A stretch of 64,000 nucleotides of DNA from Octopus sinensis (lineage: Eukaryota), in NCBI RefSeq assembly GCF_006345805.1, contig NC_042998.1:198710001-198774000 (forward strand), read 5' to 3'. The notes below the pieces were generated by a model. The model saw only the letters and a program-made list of their open reading frames with translations. It had not been told where the DNA came from and made no database searches. Shown here piece after piece: positions 13,184 to 25,147 of the stretch (positions are counted from its first letter, which is position 1; each line of letters opens with the position of its first letter). The translations under genes and the position numbers were made by a program.

Positions 13184-13509
13184 TATTAATATTATTATTA
13201 TCCAGTAGTTTTATTTTTATAGCGTGCTTTAACTTCACTACCGAGCGCAGCTCTGTGTGCCTTGGGTATGTGCTGTGATTTGTTGTGATGCTCTGATGGT
13301 TACTGTATTGAAAGTGTTTTGCGTAGGATGTGTGCAGTGCCCAGTAGTGCAATTTTCTGTATGTTATATATATTTGTAAGTCCTGGTATTTTTGTTATGT
13401 ATTTGTCTGAATATTTTTTATCACACCTAATGATAGGAATTGTTTCTATTTTTAGATTCCACATTCGAGTTACCTCTATTTCCAGGTCTTTGTATTATTA
13501 TTATTACTA

Positions 13510-13583
<74 letters not shown>

Positions 13584-13659
13584 CATTATTATTATTATTG
13601 AGTGAGAGAGCAGTGCATGCCATCAAAGTGAGTGACACTGGGGTAAAAATATTATTATT

Positions 13660-13976
13660 ATTCAGTAGCTTTATTTTTATAGCGTGCTTTCACTTCACTA
13701 CCGAGCACAGCTCTGTGTGCCTTGGGTATGTGCTGTGATTTGTTGTGATGCTCTGATGGTTATTGTATGGAAAGTGTTCTGCGTAGGATGTGTGCAGTGC
13801 CTAGTAGTGAAATTTTCTGTATGTTATATGTGTTTGTAAGTCCTGGTGTTTTTGTTATGTATTTGTCTGAATATTTTTTTATCATGCCTAATGCACCTAC
13901 TATGATAGGAATTGTTTCTGTTTTCAGATTCCACATTCTAGTTACCTCTATTTCCAGGTCTTTGTATTTTGAGAGT
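13660..13976 (-). mobile_element. R4/Dong 3' end, family beta (KYKDLEIEVTRMW...LLGTAHILRRTLSIQ); further copies at 12193-12475 and 13201-13495
   Basis: ORF 13760..13981 carries the K-Y-x-D-L and IVGALG motifs of R4/Dong C-termini. Confidence 0.85.
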
Positions 13977-13977
13977 A

Positions 13978-14013
<36 letters not shown>

Positions 14014-14045
14014 TATTATTATTATTATTATTATCATCATCATCA

Positions 14046-14078
<33 letters not shown>

Positions 14079-14528
14079 TATTATTATTATTATTATTATT
14101 ATTATCATTATTATTATTATTATCATTATTATTACTATTATTATATATTATTATCATTATTATTATTATTATTATTACTTTTTTTTTTTCTTCTTTCAAA
14201 TTTTCTTCCATTTCTTGCCGAGTGTCTTCCCGACTCCTAGGGCAAAGAAACTCATAGTGTATATTGGTAGGCCATTAAACCAAACTCAGTAGTTCGTTCA
14301 TTTTGTTTTTTTTTTTAAAGTTAAATAAAATACATGAGCAGCAACAGTTCTCACATCGACAATGCTCTTCTCAATACGTGTGATGTACCAGTTAAGACAA
14401 TCTTTTGCACTTCTTGCAGGGATGGTAAGCCAGGGATCATTCTCATATAATTTTCGGTTCCCTTCTTGATCATTCCTAGTGCTCCTACGATCACTGGTAT
14501 TGTAACCGCCTTGTTATTATTATTATTA

Positions 14529-14718
<190 letters not shown>

Positions 14719-14723
14719 CATTA

Positions 14724-14777
<54 letters not shown>

Positions 14778-14809
14778 CATTATTATTATTATCATTATTA
14801 TTATTATTA

Positions 14810-14884
<75 letters not shown>

Positions 14885-15160
14885 GTATTATTCCTTCTTC
14901 CTTCAAATTTTCTTCCGTTTCTCGCCGGGTGTTTTCCGTACACCTAGGGCAGAGAAGCTCATTGTATTCATTCCCAGATTACACACGCAAATTCACATGT
15001 AAAATATGTATTTAAAAAATAAATAAATTCATGAGTAGATGTTGTTTTCACAGCGATAATGCTCTTCTCAGTACATGAGCCGTTCCAGGTAACACGATTT
15101 TTTGCACTACCTGTTGGGATGGTAAGCCTGGTATCATTTTCAAATAGGTTTCAGTACCTT

Positions 15161-15215
<55 letters not shown>

Positions 15216-15252
15216 ATTATTATTATTATCATTATTATTATTATCATTATTA

Positions 15253-15288
<36 letters not shown>

Positions 15289-15651
15289 TATTATTATTAT
15301 TATCATTAGCGCGGCAGAAAGGTTTAACAGTATTTCGTCCATCTTTACGTTCTGAATTCGAATTCCGACGATGTCGACTTTTCATCTTTTCGGGGGGTCA
15401 ATGAAATAAGTACCAGTTGAACACTGGGGTCGATGTAATCGACTTAACTCACTACCCTTAAATTGCTGGCTTTGTGTCAAAATTTATGGCATGTAATCTC
15501 TTACCTGCAGCGAAGTGACTCTTGACCGCATGCACTCTACTGTTACACGGAATGCCATAGTTTAACATTTATCTTACACTAAAGGCCAATACTTATCGCG
15601 TGTAGTTTGCCTTTAATTTTTGTGTTGTCAATGTATCTAACAATGTTGTTG

Positions 15652-15690
<39 letters not shown>

Positions 15691-15744
15691 ATGGTGGTGG
15701 TGGTGGTGGTGGTAGTGGTGATGGTGTTAATGATGATGATGATA

Positions 15745-15777
<33 letters not shown>

Positions 15778-16240
15778 ATGGTGGTGGTGGTGGTGGTGGT
15801 GGTAGTGTGGTGGTGGTGGTGTTGGTTGTGGTAGTGGTGATGGTGTTAATGATGATAATGATGATAATGATGAGGATGATTATGGTGGTGGTGGTGGTGG
15901 TGGTAGTGGTGGTGGTGATGGTGTTAATGATGATGATGAGGATGATGATTATGGTGGTGGTGGTGGTGGTCGTCGTGGTGGTGATGGTGTTAATGATGAT
16001 GATGATGATGATGATGTTGATTATGGTGGTGGTGGTGGTGATGGTGTTAATGATGATGATGATTTTGGTGGTGGTGTTGGTGTTGGTGGTGGTGATAGTG
16101 CTGGTGGTTATGGTGTTAATGATGATGATGATGATGATTATGGTGGTGGTCGTGGTGGTGATGGTGTTAATGATGATGATGATGATGATGGAGGTGGTGA
16201 TGAGGACGACGATGGTACTGTTACTGTTATTTGTGGTGTG
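15652..16240. repeat. Compound (GAT)n/(GGT)n minisatellite with a unit of about 50-65 bp
   Basis: Recurrent GGTGTTAAT(GAT)nGATTAT(GGT)n, about 10 copies. Confidence 0.85.
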
Positions 16241-16280
16241 GTGATAAAACAACGCCACTGTAGAAAAGGCAAACTTTTAC

Positions 16281-16397
16281 CTGGTGAATCGCCGGAAGTT
16301 GTTACGACTGGAAATATGGAAGCTGCTAGCAAACAGGATGTGGAATCACTTGTTGCTGAATGAACGAACTGACCATTAGTTCTTGCAGGAGTAACCC
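16281..16397 (-). CDS. Host gene coding exon G (GVTPARTNGQF...GDSP)
   Basis: Acceptor tctatctttttcAG and donor CCAG|GTAAAA; 117 bp, phase 1 to 1, open frame. Confidence 0.75.
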
Positions 16398-16491
16398 CTG
16401 AAAAAGATAGACAAACGTATTTGGTATCAACTTTTTATGGGTGTACAAAACCTCTTTAAAAAAATAATAGTATGTTGAGCCATGATATACA

Positions 16492-16885
16492 TCTTTATAT
16501 ATAAAAGTGAAGTTGTGTGTCTGTCTCCTACGATTTAGATTCTTAACTACTCCCACATTTTGCGGTGCAGTTTAACCAAAACCGGGTATCTTATAGTCGT
16601 GATTCATATCGAGCCCTTCTGGGTATTAGCGCGCGTCTACGATGAGTCTACGATAAAAAAAAAATTTACCATCAATTTTTCCCATTTTTAATGCATTTTT
16701 GGCATATATAAGGGAAGTAACTCTCTAAAAATTTATTATTAAATCTCAGAACGTTAAAAGCTACAGTAACACCCCCCCCCTTTGTGGTTAGCCATATTGA
16801 GATGGCTATTATACATTACATCTCTAAACATGCTTATATAGTTATTTCCCTTACAAACCCGAGCAACGCCGGGCGATACTGCTAG
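16492..16885 (+). mobile_element. Non-autonomous Helitron
   Basis: A|TC...CTAG|T termini, subterminal hairpin CCCGAGCAACGCCGGG; near-identical to 50728-51109. Confidence 0.85.
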
Positions 16886-16911
16886 TTTAAAATAATGACA
16901 AACCGTTGTAA

Positions 16912-17545
16912 TCTCTTCTTGTTTATGCCTTTAACCCTCTAACGCGGAGAATAGGCCACTTATACTTGAATTCCATGTCGCATAATTTTTCGCTTCTGTA
17001 CTTATATTCTGCCATGAATGTCCCCCTTTCTCTAGTTCCTTTTGTCTTGATCTACGTCACGATTTCTTAGGCCTACCTCTCCTTCTATATCTAACCGGTT
17101 TCCACTTTAAAGCACTTTTCGCTACATTTGGTGTGTCTTTTCTAATTGTGCTACCAATCCATTTCCACTTTTTCTTAAATATTTACTCCCTAATCGAAAC
17201 TTGATTTGTTCTTTACCATAGCTCCATATTGCTTATGTGTTGGGGCCATCTAATTTTAAGTATACTTACGCAAGAATCTGTTGATGAATGATTGTATTTG
17301 CTTATTTGACTTAACTGTTGTTCACCATGTCTCAGTCCCATACAATAACACTGCTTTTACGTTAGTGTCAATGAAAATTCTTATTTTATTCTTTATTGAA
17401 ATTACACTTGCGCTCCATACTTTCTTTAACAGGTGAAAAGCGGTCCTTGCCTTCCTTACTCTCATCTTAATATCTTCGTCGGTGCCGCCTGAAAACGTTA
17501 TCTTACTACCTAAATACGTGAACTCGGCTCCATCCTCTAGCTGTA
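16912..17545 (-). mobile_element. RTE-clade LINE 3' fragment (decayed)
   Basis: EFTYLGSKIT...DEDIKMRVRKARTAF...VLLYGTETW; KRGRP-like RRRGRPK motif. Confidence 0.8.
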
Positions 17546-18618
17546 ATATCTATGGAAATTAATTAATTTCAACAGATCGAGCGACAGTAATGAGGCCTCT
17601 CTGTTGGATCATGATGGTGATAGTAGTAGCAGAGGATAAGTTATTGATGATGGTAATGGTAGATGAGTCAACGATAGCGGTGATAGAGTTTGGTTGGTAA
17701 TGATGGAAATAGAGATTGATTTTGTGATGTTGGTGATGGCGTGATGGCAGTGATAGGGGATTGGTAATGGTTATGGTGTGGCCATGGAGATGACTGAAAG
17801 TGACCGTGACAACAGTGATGAAGGGGCTGCTGTTTCGGATGGTTATGGTGATGATGCTGATGATGGTGTGGTAGTGATGCTGGTAATGCTGGTAGTGATG
17901 ATGGTGATATTGGTGCTGGTGGTGTTGGTGATAGTGATGGTGACGGTTACTGATGGTTTGGATAGTAATGGTTGGGAAGATGACAGTATTATATAATCGA
18001 GACTGTAGTGGTAGTCATAATAGTATGTTATGTTGTAGTTGTTTGTTCCTTCTCGAGCCATGCCTGGATCATAAGGGCCGGTTTCCCGGTTTCTTGGCGT
18101 AGAGGTTCCCCACCTGGACGGGACGCCAGTCCGTCGCAGGTGAGCTGCAAGATGCAGGAGGAAAGAGTGTGAGAAAGTTGTGGGGAAAGAGTCAGAAGAA
18201 GTTTCGCCATTACCTTCTGCCGGAGCCGCGTGGAGCTTAGATGTTTCGCTCATAATCACACACATCGCCCGCCTGGTCTGAGATTCGAACCTGCGATCCC
18301 TCGACCGCTAGTTCGCTGCTCTAACCACTAGGCCATGTGCCTCCACATGTGTTATGTTGTAGATAATTGTGTCGTGGCAGTGAAAGTAATAACGTCAACG
18401 GAGGGGGGAGGGATCGCAGTCGTGGTACTTGGGGGCAATTGTAGGAGATGTCGTTAGTGGTTAATTGTGGTGGTTAGTTGTAGGGAGAAGTAGTTTGTGG
18501 TTAGGTAATGAAGGTAGTGACAGATAATGGCATTCCATCGGTTACGACGATGAGTGTTCCAGTTAATTCGATCAACAGAACAGTCTGCTTGCGAAATTAG
18601 CGTACAAGTGACTGAACA

Positions 18619-18788
18619 GGCGCAGGAGTGGCTGTGTGGTAAATAGCTTGCTTACCAACCACATGGTTCCGGGTTCAGTCCCACTGCGTGGCATCTTGAG
18701 CAAGTGTCTTCTACTATAGCCTCAGGCCGACCAAAGCCTTGTGAGTGGATTTGGCAGACGGAAACTGAAAGAAGCCCGTCGTATATAT

Positions 18789-18819
<31 letters not shown>

Positions 18820-19045
18820 CGTGTGTGTTTGTGTGTCTGTGTTTGTCCCCCTAGCATTGCATGACAACCGATGCTGGTGTGTTTATGTCCCCGTCACTTA
18901 GCGGTTCGGCGGAAGAGATCGATAGAATAAGTACTGGGCTTACAAAGAATAAGTCCCGGGGTCGAGTTGCTCGACTGGGGGCGGTGCTCCAGCATGGCCG
19001 CAGTCAAATGACTGAAACAAGTAAAAGATAAAAGAGTAAAGAGAA
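18619..19045 (+). mobile_element. SINE family C nested inside an older family-B-like SINE (18535-19210)
   Basis: The B-type tail sequence is interrupted at 18619 and resumes at about 19046. Confidence 0.75.
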
Positions 19046-19486
19046 CACTCTGCGGATATGCGTATCCTTAACGGAGTTCTCAGGGAGATTCGGCGTGACA
19101 CAGAATGTGACAAGGCTGGTCCTTTGAAATGCAGGTACTACTCATTTTGTCAGCTGAGTGGGACTGGAACAACTTGAAATTAAAAAAAAAGTGTCTTGCT
19201 CAAGGACACAGCCCGTGTTTGTGAACTGTGATCACAATCTAGCGATCACGAACCAAATACACCAGCCTCTAAGTCACGTGCCTTCGAGGTAGTGATCGGG
19301 AAAATAATAATGGGAGTAGTGTCGATGGTCGTAATAGCACTAGGGACGAGGTGTTTGTTGTGACTGTACAGGCAGTATTGGTGCTTGTAGTAATGATAAT
19401 GTTGGTGGTGATGGATGGTCGTAATGATGGTGTTGTATTTGTTCGTAGGAGCAAAAATATTTGAAGGAAAGTCAATCTTGCTTTAC

Positions 19487-20038
19487 CACGTTTGAATCTA
19501 TTTCTTGACGACTTCTGTTGATCGTTGGTGTGTGAGAGACTGGCCTGGAAATTACTATTCGGTTTATAATGTTCCAGGAAGCTTTGGTGCATGTGGTCTT
19601 GAGCATCCAGGGATTTCTGCAGTTTTCGGATGGAAGTTTCATTCAGTCTGACTTGGTTGTACTGGTCCCAGCGGGTCTGTCTCGAAGGTGGAAAACTGTG
19701 GACATCTGTAATCAATGAGTTGTTAACCAACTCAATATTGTTGAATTCACGATGTTGAGCTTCTTTTTTTCTATTGACAGCATCTTCCCTGTGCATTTTG
19801 TCATTTCTCTTGCCGCTTTTCGATGATGTCAGAGAAGATGATATCAAATTCATATTATCCGTTCCCATCTCAGTAAGTTGTGCTTTGTCTTTGGCCCAAA
19901 GCTCAGATGCAGATTTGCAGTCTGGACCAGAATGATTATTTTCAAGCTGAGATTTTCCTCCAGGAATATTCTGCATTTCTTTCGATTCTGCACTTAAATG
20001 CCGGCTGTTAGTCTGTGGAAACACGCAGTCTGTAACTT
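19487..20038 (-). CDS. Host gene coding exon F (VTDCVFPQTNSRH...RNRFKR), probably disordered
   Basis: Strong acceptor ctcctctgttctattttcAG and donor CGTG|GTAAAG; 552 bp, phase 1 to 1, inside ORF 19269..20024. Confidence 0.85.
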
Positions 20039-21664
20039 CTGAAAATAGAACAGAGGAGAAAAGAAATAGATTAAAACTATTTTCAAAATAAAGTAGACGC
20101 TATCATTGAGCAAAAACAGCAGTTAAACTCATCATACGAAAGCATGTACTATAACTCATCGATATCAGCATACATTCTAGGTCTGTCAATGAATCTTCGT
20201 TTCATTTCGTCAAAAGATATACTTAAAACATGGCTGCTGCTTATTCTAGAAAATGATTCATTCCCTTTTAGAATGAATCAATTAATTCTTTACCAGTAAG
20301 TCAGTCAACGTATGAGTTAAGATGTCAGTCAGATTGTGTGTGAGCCAATGTATCGGTTAGTCTGTGTAACGAAATGTGTTCTGAATGATAAATTATTCGA
20401 ACTGATATACGTAGACTTTGCTTGTCTGCAATATCAGTTTGTCCCAGAGCGAGAAGTTGCGTCCATGACCTTCACAATCCTATTGGGACCTCGAGGTAGA
20501 AAAGATCTGGAAAGAGGTTTTCGGACAGATGAGCCAGTCTCACTGAGAATTGGGTTAAGAAATTATCCTGGAAAAACATCTTCTTATTGGTGTATTACAT
20601 CTGGCTAGATGGATTGTATATTTTGCTTTTTACGGAATAACAGGTTCTGTTGATTAGAAAAAAATCCATCTACTGCCAACACTCGCTCTGTGTTGGTTTT
20701 TGGACGCCGTCTCTGCTGAAGTGCAAGCACGCGTTATATTATGGAAATGATAACGACGAAAATGCAGGTGAACTGGTGTGGGTGTCGTTCGTGTGATATC
20801 ATTCTGCGGCTTGTCACTTTGACCGAACTGCAATCATGTGTTCAGATAAACTGGGATTTAGCATCCACAATGTTCCCAAACTCTCACAGCATTTTACAGG
20901 CTGGATAATGCTTTAGATGGAAAACTCACATTTGTCCAATCCCAGGCAAAATCAAAGTCGCCAGTGTCCCAATTGTGACTTCATAGCACAATTGTGACAT
21001 AGTTGGACTCAAATTACATTCTTGCATCCATCACAAAAAGTTACAGCTTCTTTTATTTTGTAATCTTTTTATTTTAAAACCCTCCCCTTCAAACACTTAT
21101 ACGTCGAAATGAACATGTGTGGCCATCATTCCGGTCCTACGTTTTAAGTTCAAAATCCGTCGAGGTAGACTTTACCCTTCATTTTTTCGAGATCGATGAA
21201 ATAAAGTACCAGTTGAGCACTGGGTCGATGGCATCGACTAATCCCCTACCCTAAAATTGTTTGTCACGTGCCAAAATCAGAAAATTATTTCAGCAAGGAA
21301 TTATAAATTTAGAAATTAGAAATGGTTACCATCACAACCACAATTACGATGACACTGGCGAATATCATCACTACCGCCACCATCGTCGTCATCGTCATCG
21401 TCGTCGTCCTCATCATCATCATCACCATCATTGTCGTCATCTTCGTCATTGTCATCTCATTATCATAAAAAAAAATCATTATGATTATTAGTTTGAAATA
21501 AGAGAGAAACTGAGATTGGTAATATGCTGCCTGAGTGTTGATGACAAAAACGGAATATTGATATGTGAGTGTTTCGCTCCCTCGAGAGAAGGGGAGGGAA
21601 AAAATTTAAGAAACTTGAGGCGAATATTTAATTTTCTTGGTGTCCGGTGCAAGTAAGAAATATC

Positions 21665-21724
21665 TCTTAATTATTGTTATTATTGTTATTATTACTATTA
21701 TTATTATTATTATTATTATTATTA

Positions 21725-21809
<85 letters not shown>

Positions 21810-21875
21810 TATTATTATTATTATTATTATTATTGTTATGTTATTATTGTTATTGTTATTGTTATTATTATTATT

Positions 21876-21965
<90 letters not shown>

Positions 21966-22035
21966 TATTATTATTATTATTATTTTATTATTATTATTAT
22001 TATTATTATCATTATTATTATCATCATTATTATCA

Positions 22036-22072
<37 letters not shown>

Positions 22073-22197
22073 CATTATTATTATCATTATTATTATCACT
22101 ATTATTATTATCATCATCATTATTATTATTATTATTCTTATTATTATTATCATTATTATTATTGTTATTATTATTATTATTATCATCATCATCATCA

Positions 22198-22258
<61 letters not shown>

Positions 22259-22361
22259 TATTATTATTATCATTATTATTATTATTATTATCATTATTAT
22301 TATTACTTTTTTTTTTCTTCTTTCAAATTTGCTTCCATTTCTTGCCGAGTGTCTTCCCGGC

Positions 22362-22401
<40 letters not shown>

Positions 22402-22544
22402 CATTATTATTATTATTATCATTATCATCATCATCATTATTATTATTATTATTGTTATTGTTATTGTTGTTATTGTTGTTATTGTTATTATTGTTATTAT
22501 TATTGTTATTATTATTATTATTATTGTTATTATTATTATTATTA

Positions 22545-22599
<55 letters not shown>

Positions 22600-22600
22600 A
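21665..22600. repeat. (TAT)n/(CAT)n/(TGT)n microsatellite field; further TAT tracts at 5665-5790, 5945-6110 (AAT then AAG) and 24076-24340
   Basis: Direct inspection. Confidence 0.95.
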
Positions 22601-23190
22601 ATTGAAGATGTCGCAGAGTATCAGATATCGTGATGTTGTTGATTTGATTGAAGGCATTGTCTCTACCAGAGGTTTGTACTGTCTGTCAAGTCACAAGGAC
22701 CTCAGACTAACAGTACTTCACGCAGTATGCGTGATCTCAATTCTCAGGTCTCCATATTCATCAACTTTTTGTCTTTCTTTCATGTCGATTTGTTGATCTC
22801 CTGGTACTGCCACGTCGATCAGTAGGGGCACCCTTGTTTGTTCCTCCTCTGTCTTGCAAACAACTTGCACATGCAAGTGCTACCAGTTAAAAGCTCCGTA
22901 TACCGGAAGCTAGCAAGTGTATGGGGGTCATCAGGAGAGAATGCGCGCCGTTTCGGGGCCTACCTCTCGACGGCATCAATGCGCACCGCCCCCCCCTCAC
23001 CGATATGAGGCCCCGCTTGCTAGATCAGCTGGTTATGAAGAACTCAATATACTTCTATATATACTATATCCGGCCTTCGGTGTCCTAACACCTTGTTTGT
23101 CTGGGCGTCAAAGGCCCAGAGGAATTTTGCCTTACCCTTTTCGTCCATTACCTTTTCCGGTACCAAGCACCCGTTACCTCGTATTCATAC
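22600..23190 (-). mobile_element. R4/Dong endonuclease fragment split by an insertion of about 190 bp
   Basis: KAKFLWAFDAQTNKVLGHRRPDIV (about 23060-23150) and LIDVAVPGD...KVDEYGDLRIEI (about 22735-22830). Confidence 0.75.
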
Positions 23191-23239
<49 letters not shown>

Positions 23240-23631
23240 TATTATCATTCGCCGACGTTGACTTTACCCTTCATCCTTATGGGATCTATAAAATAAGTAC
23301 CAGTTGAGCACTAGGGTCGATGTAATTGGCTTACCCCCTCCCAGGAACTGCTGGCCTTGTGTCAAAATTTTAAAACATTATTATTATGGCAGAGACGTTA
23401 GCCCGCTGGGCGAAATGCGTAGCTGTATTTCGTCTGCTGTTACGTTTTGAGTTCAAATTCCGCCGAGGTCGACTTTGCCTTTCCTCCTTTCGGGGTCGAT
23501 AAGTTAAGAACTAGTTACGTACTGGGGTCGATGTAATCGACTTAATTCGTTTGTGTGTCCTTGTTTGTCTCCTCTGTGTGTAGCCCCTAATGGGTAATAA
23601 AGAAACATTATTATTATTATTATTATTATCA

Positions 23632-24074
23632 TTGAGTGAGAGAGCAGTGCATGCCATCAAAGTGACACTGGGGTAAAATATACGAAGCCCAATATACCCA
23701 TCATGACTACCCGTCTGATAAGGGTACACCAGGCACATGCATCACAACCATATGTGCGCGACATGGTGATCTCATATCAAGATAAACAGCACATGACCTT
23801 GCAGGTGGGGCCCAGTTAGAATTTTCTTCAGGTTGAGTAGCCCATCCCGCTCAAAAGGTCCCTGAATAAGGGTTGTTTAAGGATGTTGAACGAAACACCC
23901 ATGTTTCCAGAGGTGAATTATTCAAACCCCAAAGAATCCCTCTCAACACATGGCTATGATGCTCCCCCACTACTTCTGCTCGTGATCAGAGATGCACACA
24001 TCGTCAGCCACTAAGGGACATACTCAACTGGTTAAGGTCAAACAACTGACAAGCAAATCTGTGGTATTGAGCAG

Positions 24075-24076
<2 letters not shown>
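23632..24076. mobile_element. Non-coding element of about 445 bp embedded in (TAT)n; a short end fragment recurs at 13600-13648
   Basis: The terminus GAGTGAGAGAGCAGTGCATGCCATCAAAG occurs twice, both times directly beside TAT repeats. Confidence 0.6.
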
Positions 24077-24131
<55 letters not shown>

Positions 24132-24146
24132 TACTATTATTATTAC

Positions 24147-24180
<34 letters not shown>

Positions 24181-24241
24181 TATTCTATTATAATAATAAT
24201 AATTATTATTATTATTACTATTATTATTATTACTATTACTA

Positions 24242-24339
<98 letters not shown>

Positions 24340-24733
24340 TATAGTGGCTAGACGCGTGTGGTATTAGCTCGTAAGTTTTTAACGTGTAATTTGTGTTTCC
24401 AGCAGTTGTTTATTGTTTAATGTTCTTACACAACGTTTGCCGAAACCACCAGCATCGCATAGGTCTCTTTTGCTTGTTTGTGTGTTTGTTTGCTTATACC
24501 TCTTGGTGGGGTTCAAATTCGAAAGAAAAATTTACGTCTTGTTTTGGAAAAAGTGTGTTAAAAATAACTAACAAACATGGCGATGTTCGCTCTGCTTAGA
24601 GAAAAGGAGGAGAAAGCCAGAAGTATCTATGTGAGTGAATTGCAATACACGTTAAAGTCCTTCACCTTCGACCCTCAAATGGAAGGGAAGGTGAACACTC
24701 ACCAAGTCCAAAGTCCTGTGGACTATACTACTA

Positions 24734-25147
24734 AGGCGGCGAGCTGGCAGAAATGTTAGCACGTCGGGTGAAATGCTTTGCGGTATTTCGTCTGCCGCTA
24801 CGTTCTGAGTTCAAATTCCGCCTAGGTCGACTTTGCCTTTCATCCTTTCGGGGTCGATTAAATAAGTACCAGTTACGCGCTGGGGTCGATATAATCGACT
24901 TAATACCTATGTTAGTCCTTGTTTGTCCTCTCTGTGTTTAGCCTCTTGTGAGCAGTAAAGAAATAGGTATTTCGTGTGCCGCTACGTTCTGAGTTCAAAT
25001 TCCTCCGAGGTCGACTTTGCCTTTCATCCTTTCGGGGTCGATTAAATAAGTACCAGTTACACACTGGGGTCGATGTAATAGACTTAATCCGTTTGTCCGT
25101 CCTTTTTTGTCCTCTCTGTATTTAGCCCCTTCCGGGTAATAAAGAAA
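24734..25147 (+). mobile_element. SINE family A, two tandem units joined at GGTATTTCGT
   Basis: Same architecture as 1021-1435. Confidence 0.85.

Noticed and set aside
15505-15551. Possible 47-bp micro-exon with a strong GCAG|GTAAGA donor
   Set aside because: Weak acceptor, and its phase (1 to 0) does not bridge exon G to the candidate 7.5-kb exon
15651-16244. Asp/Gly-rich 197-aa protein, and Ser/Gly-rich frames at 35042-35629
   Set aside because: Simple-repeat translations without supporting splice sites or unique flanking coding sequence
20330-20900. Additional exon or transposase remnant
   Set aside because: Frames are interrupted by stops and no motif or splice pair could be supported
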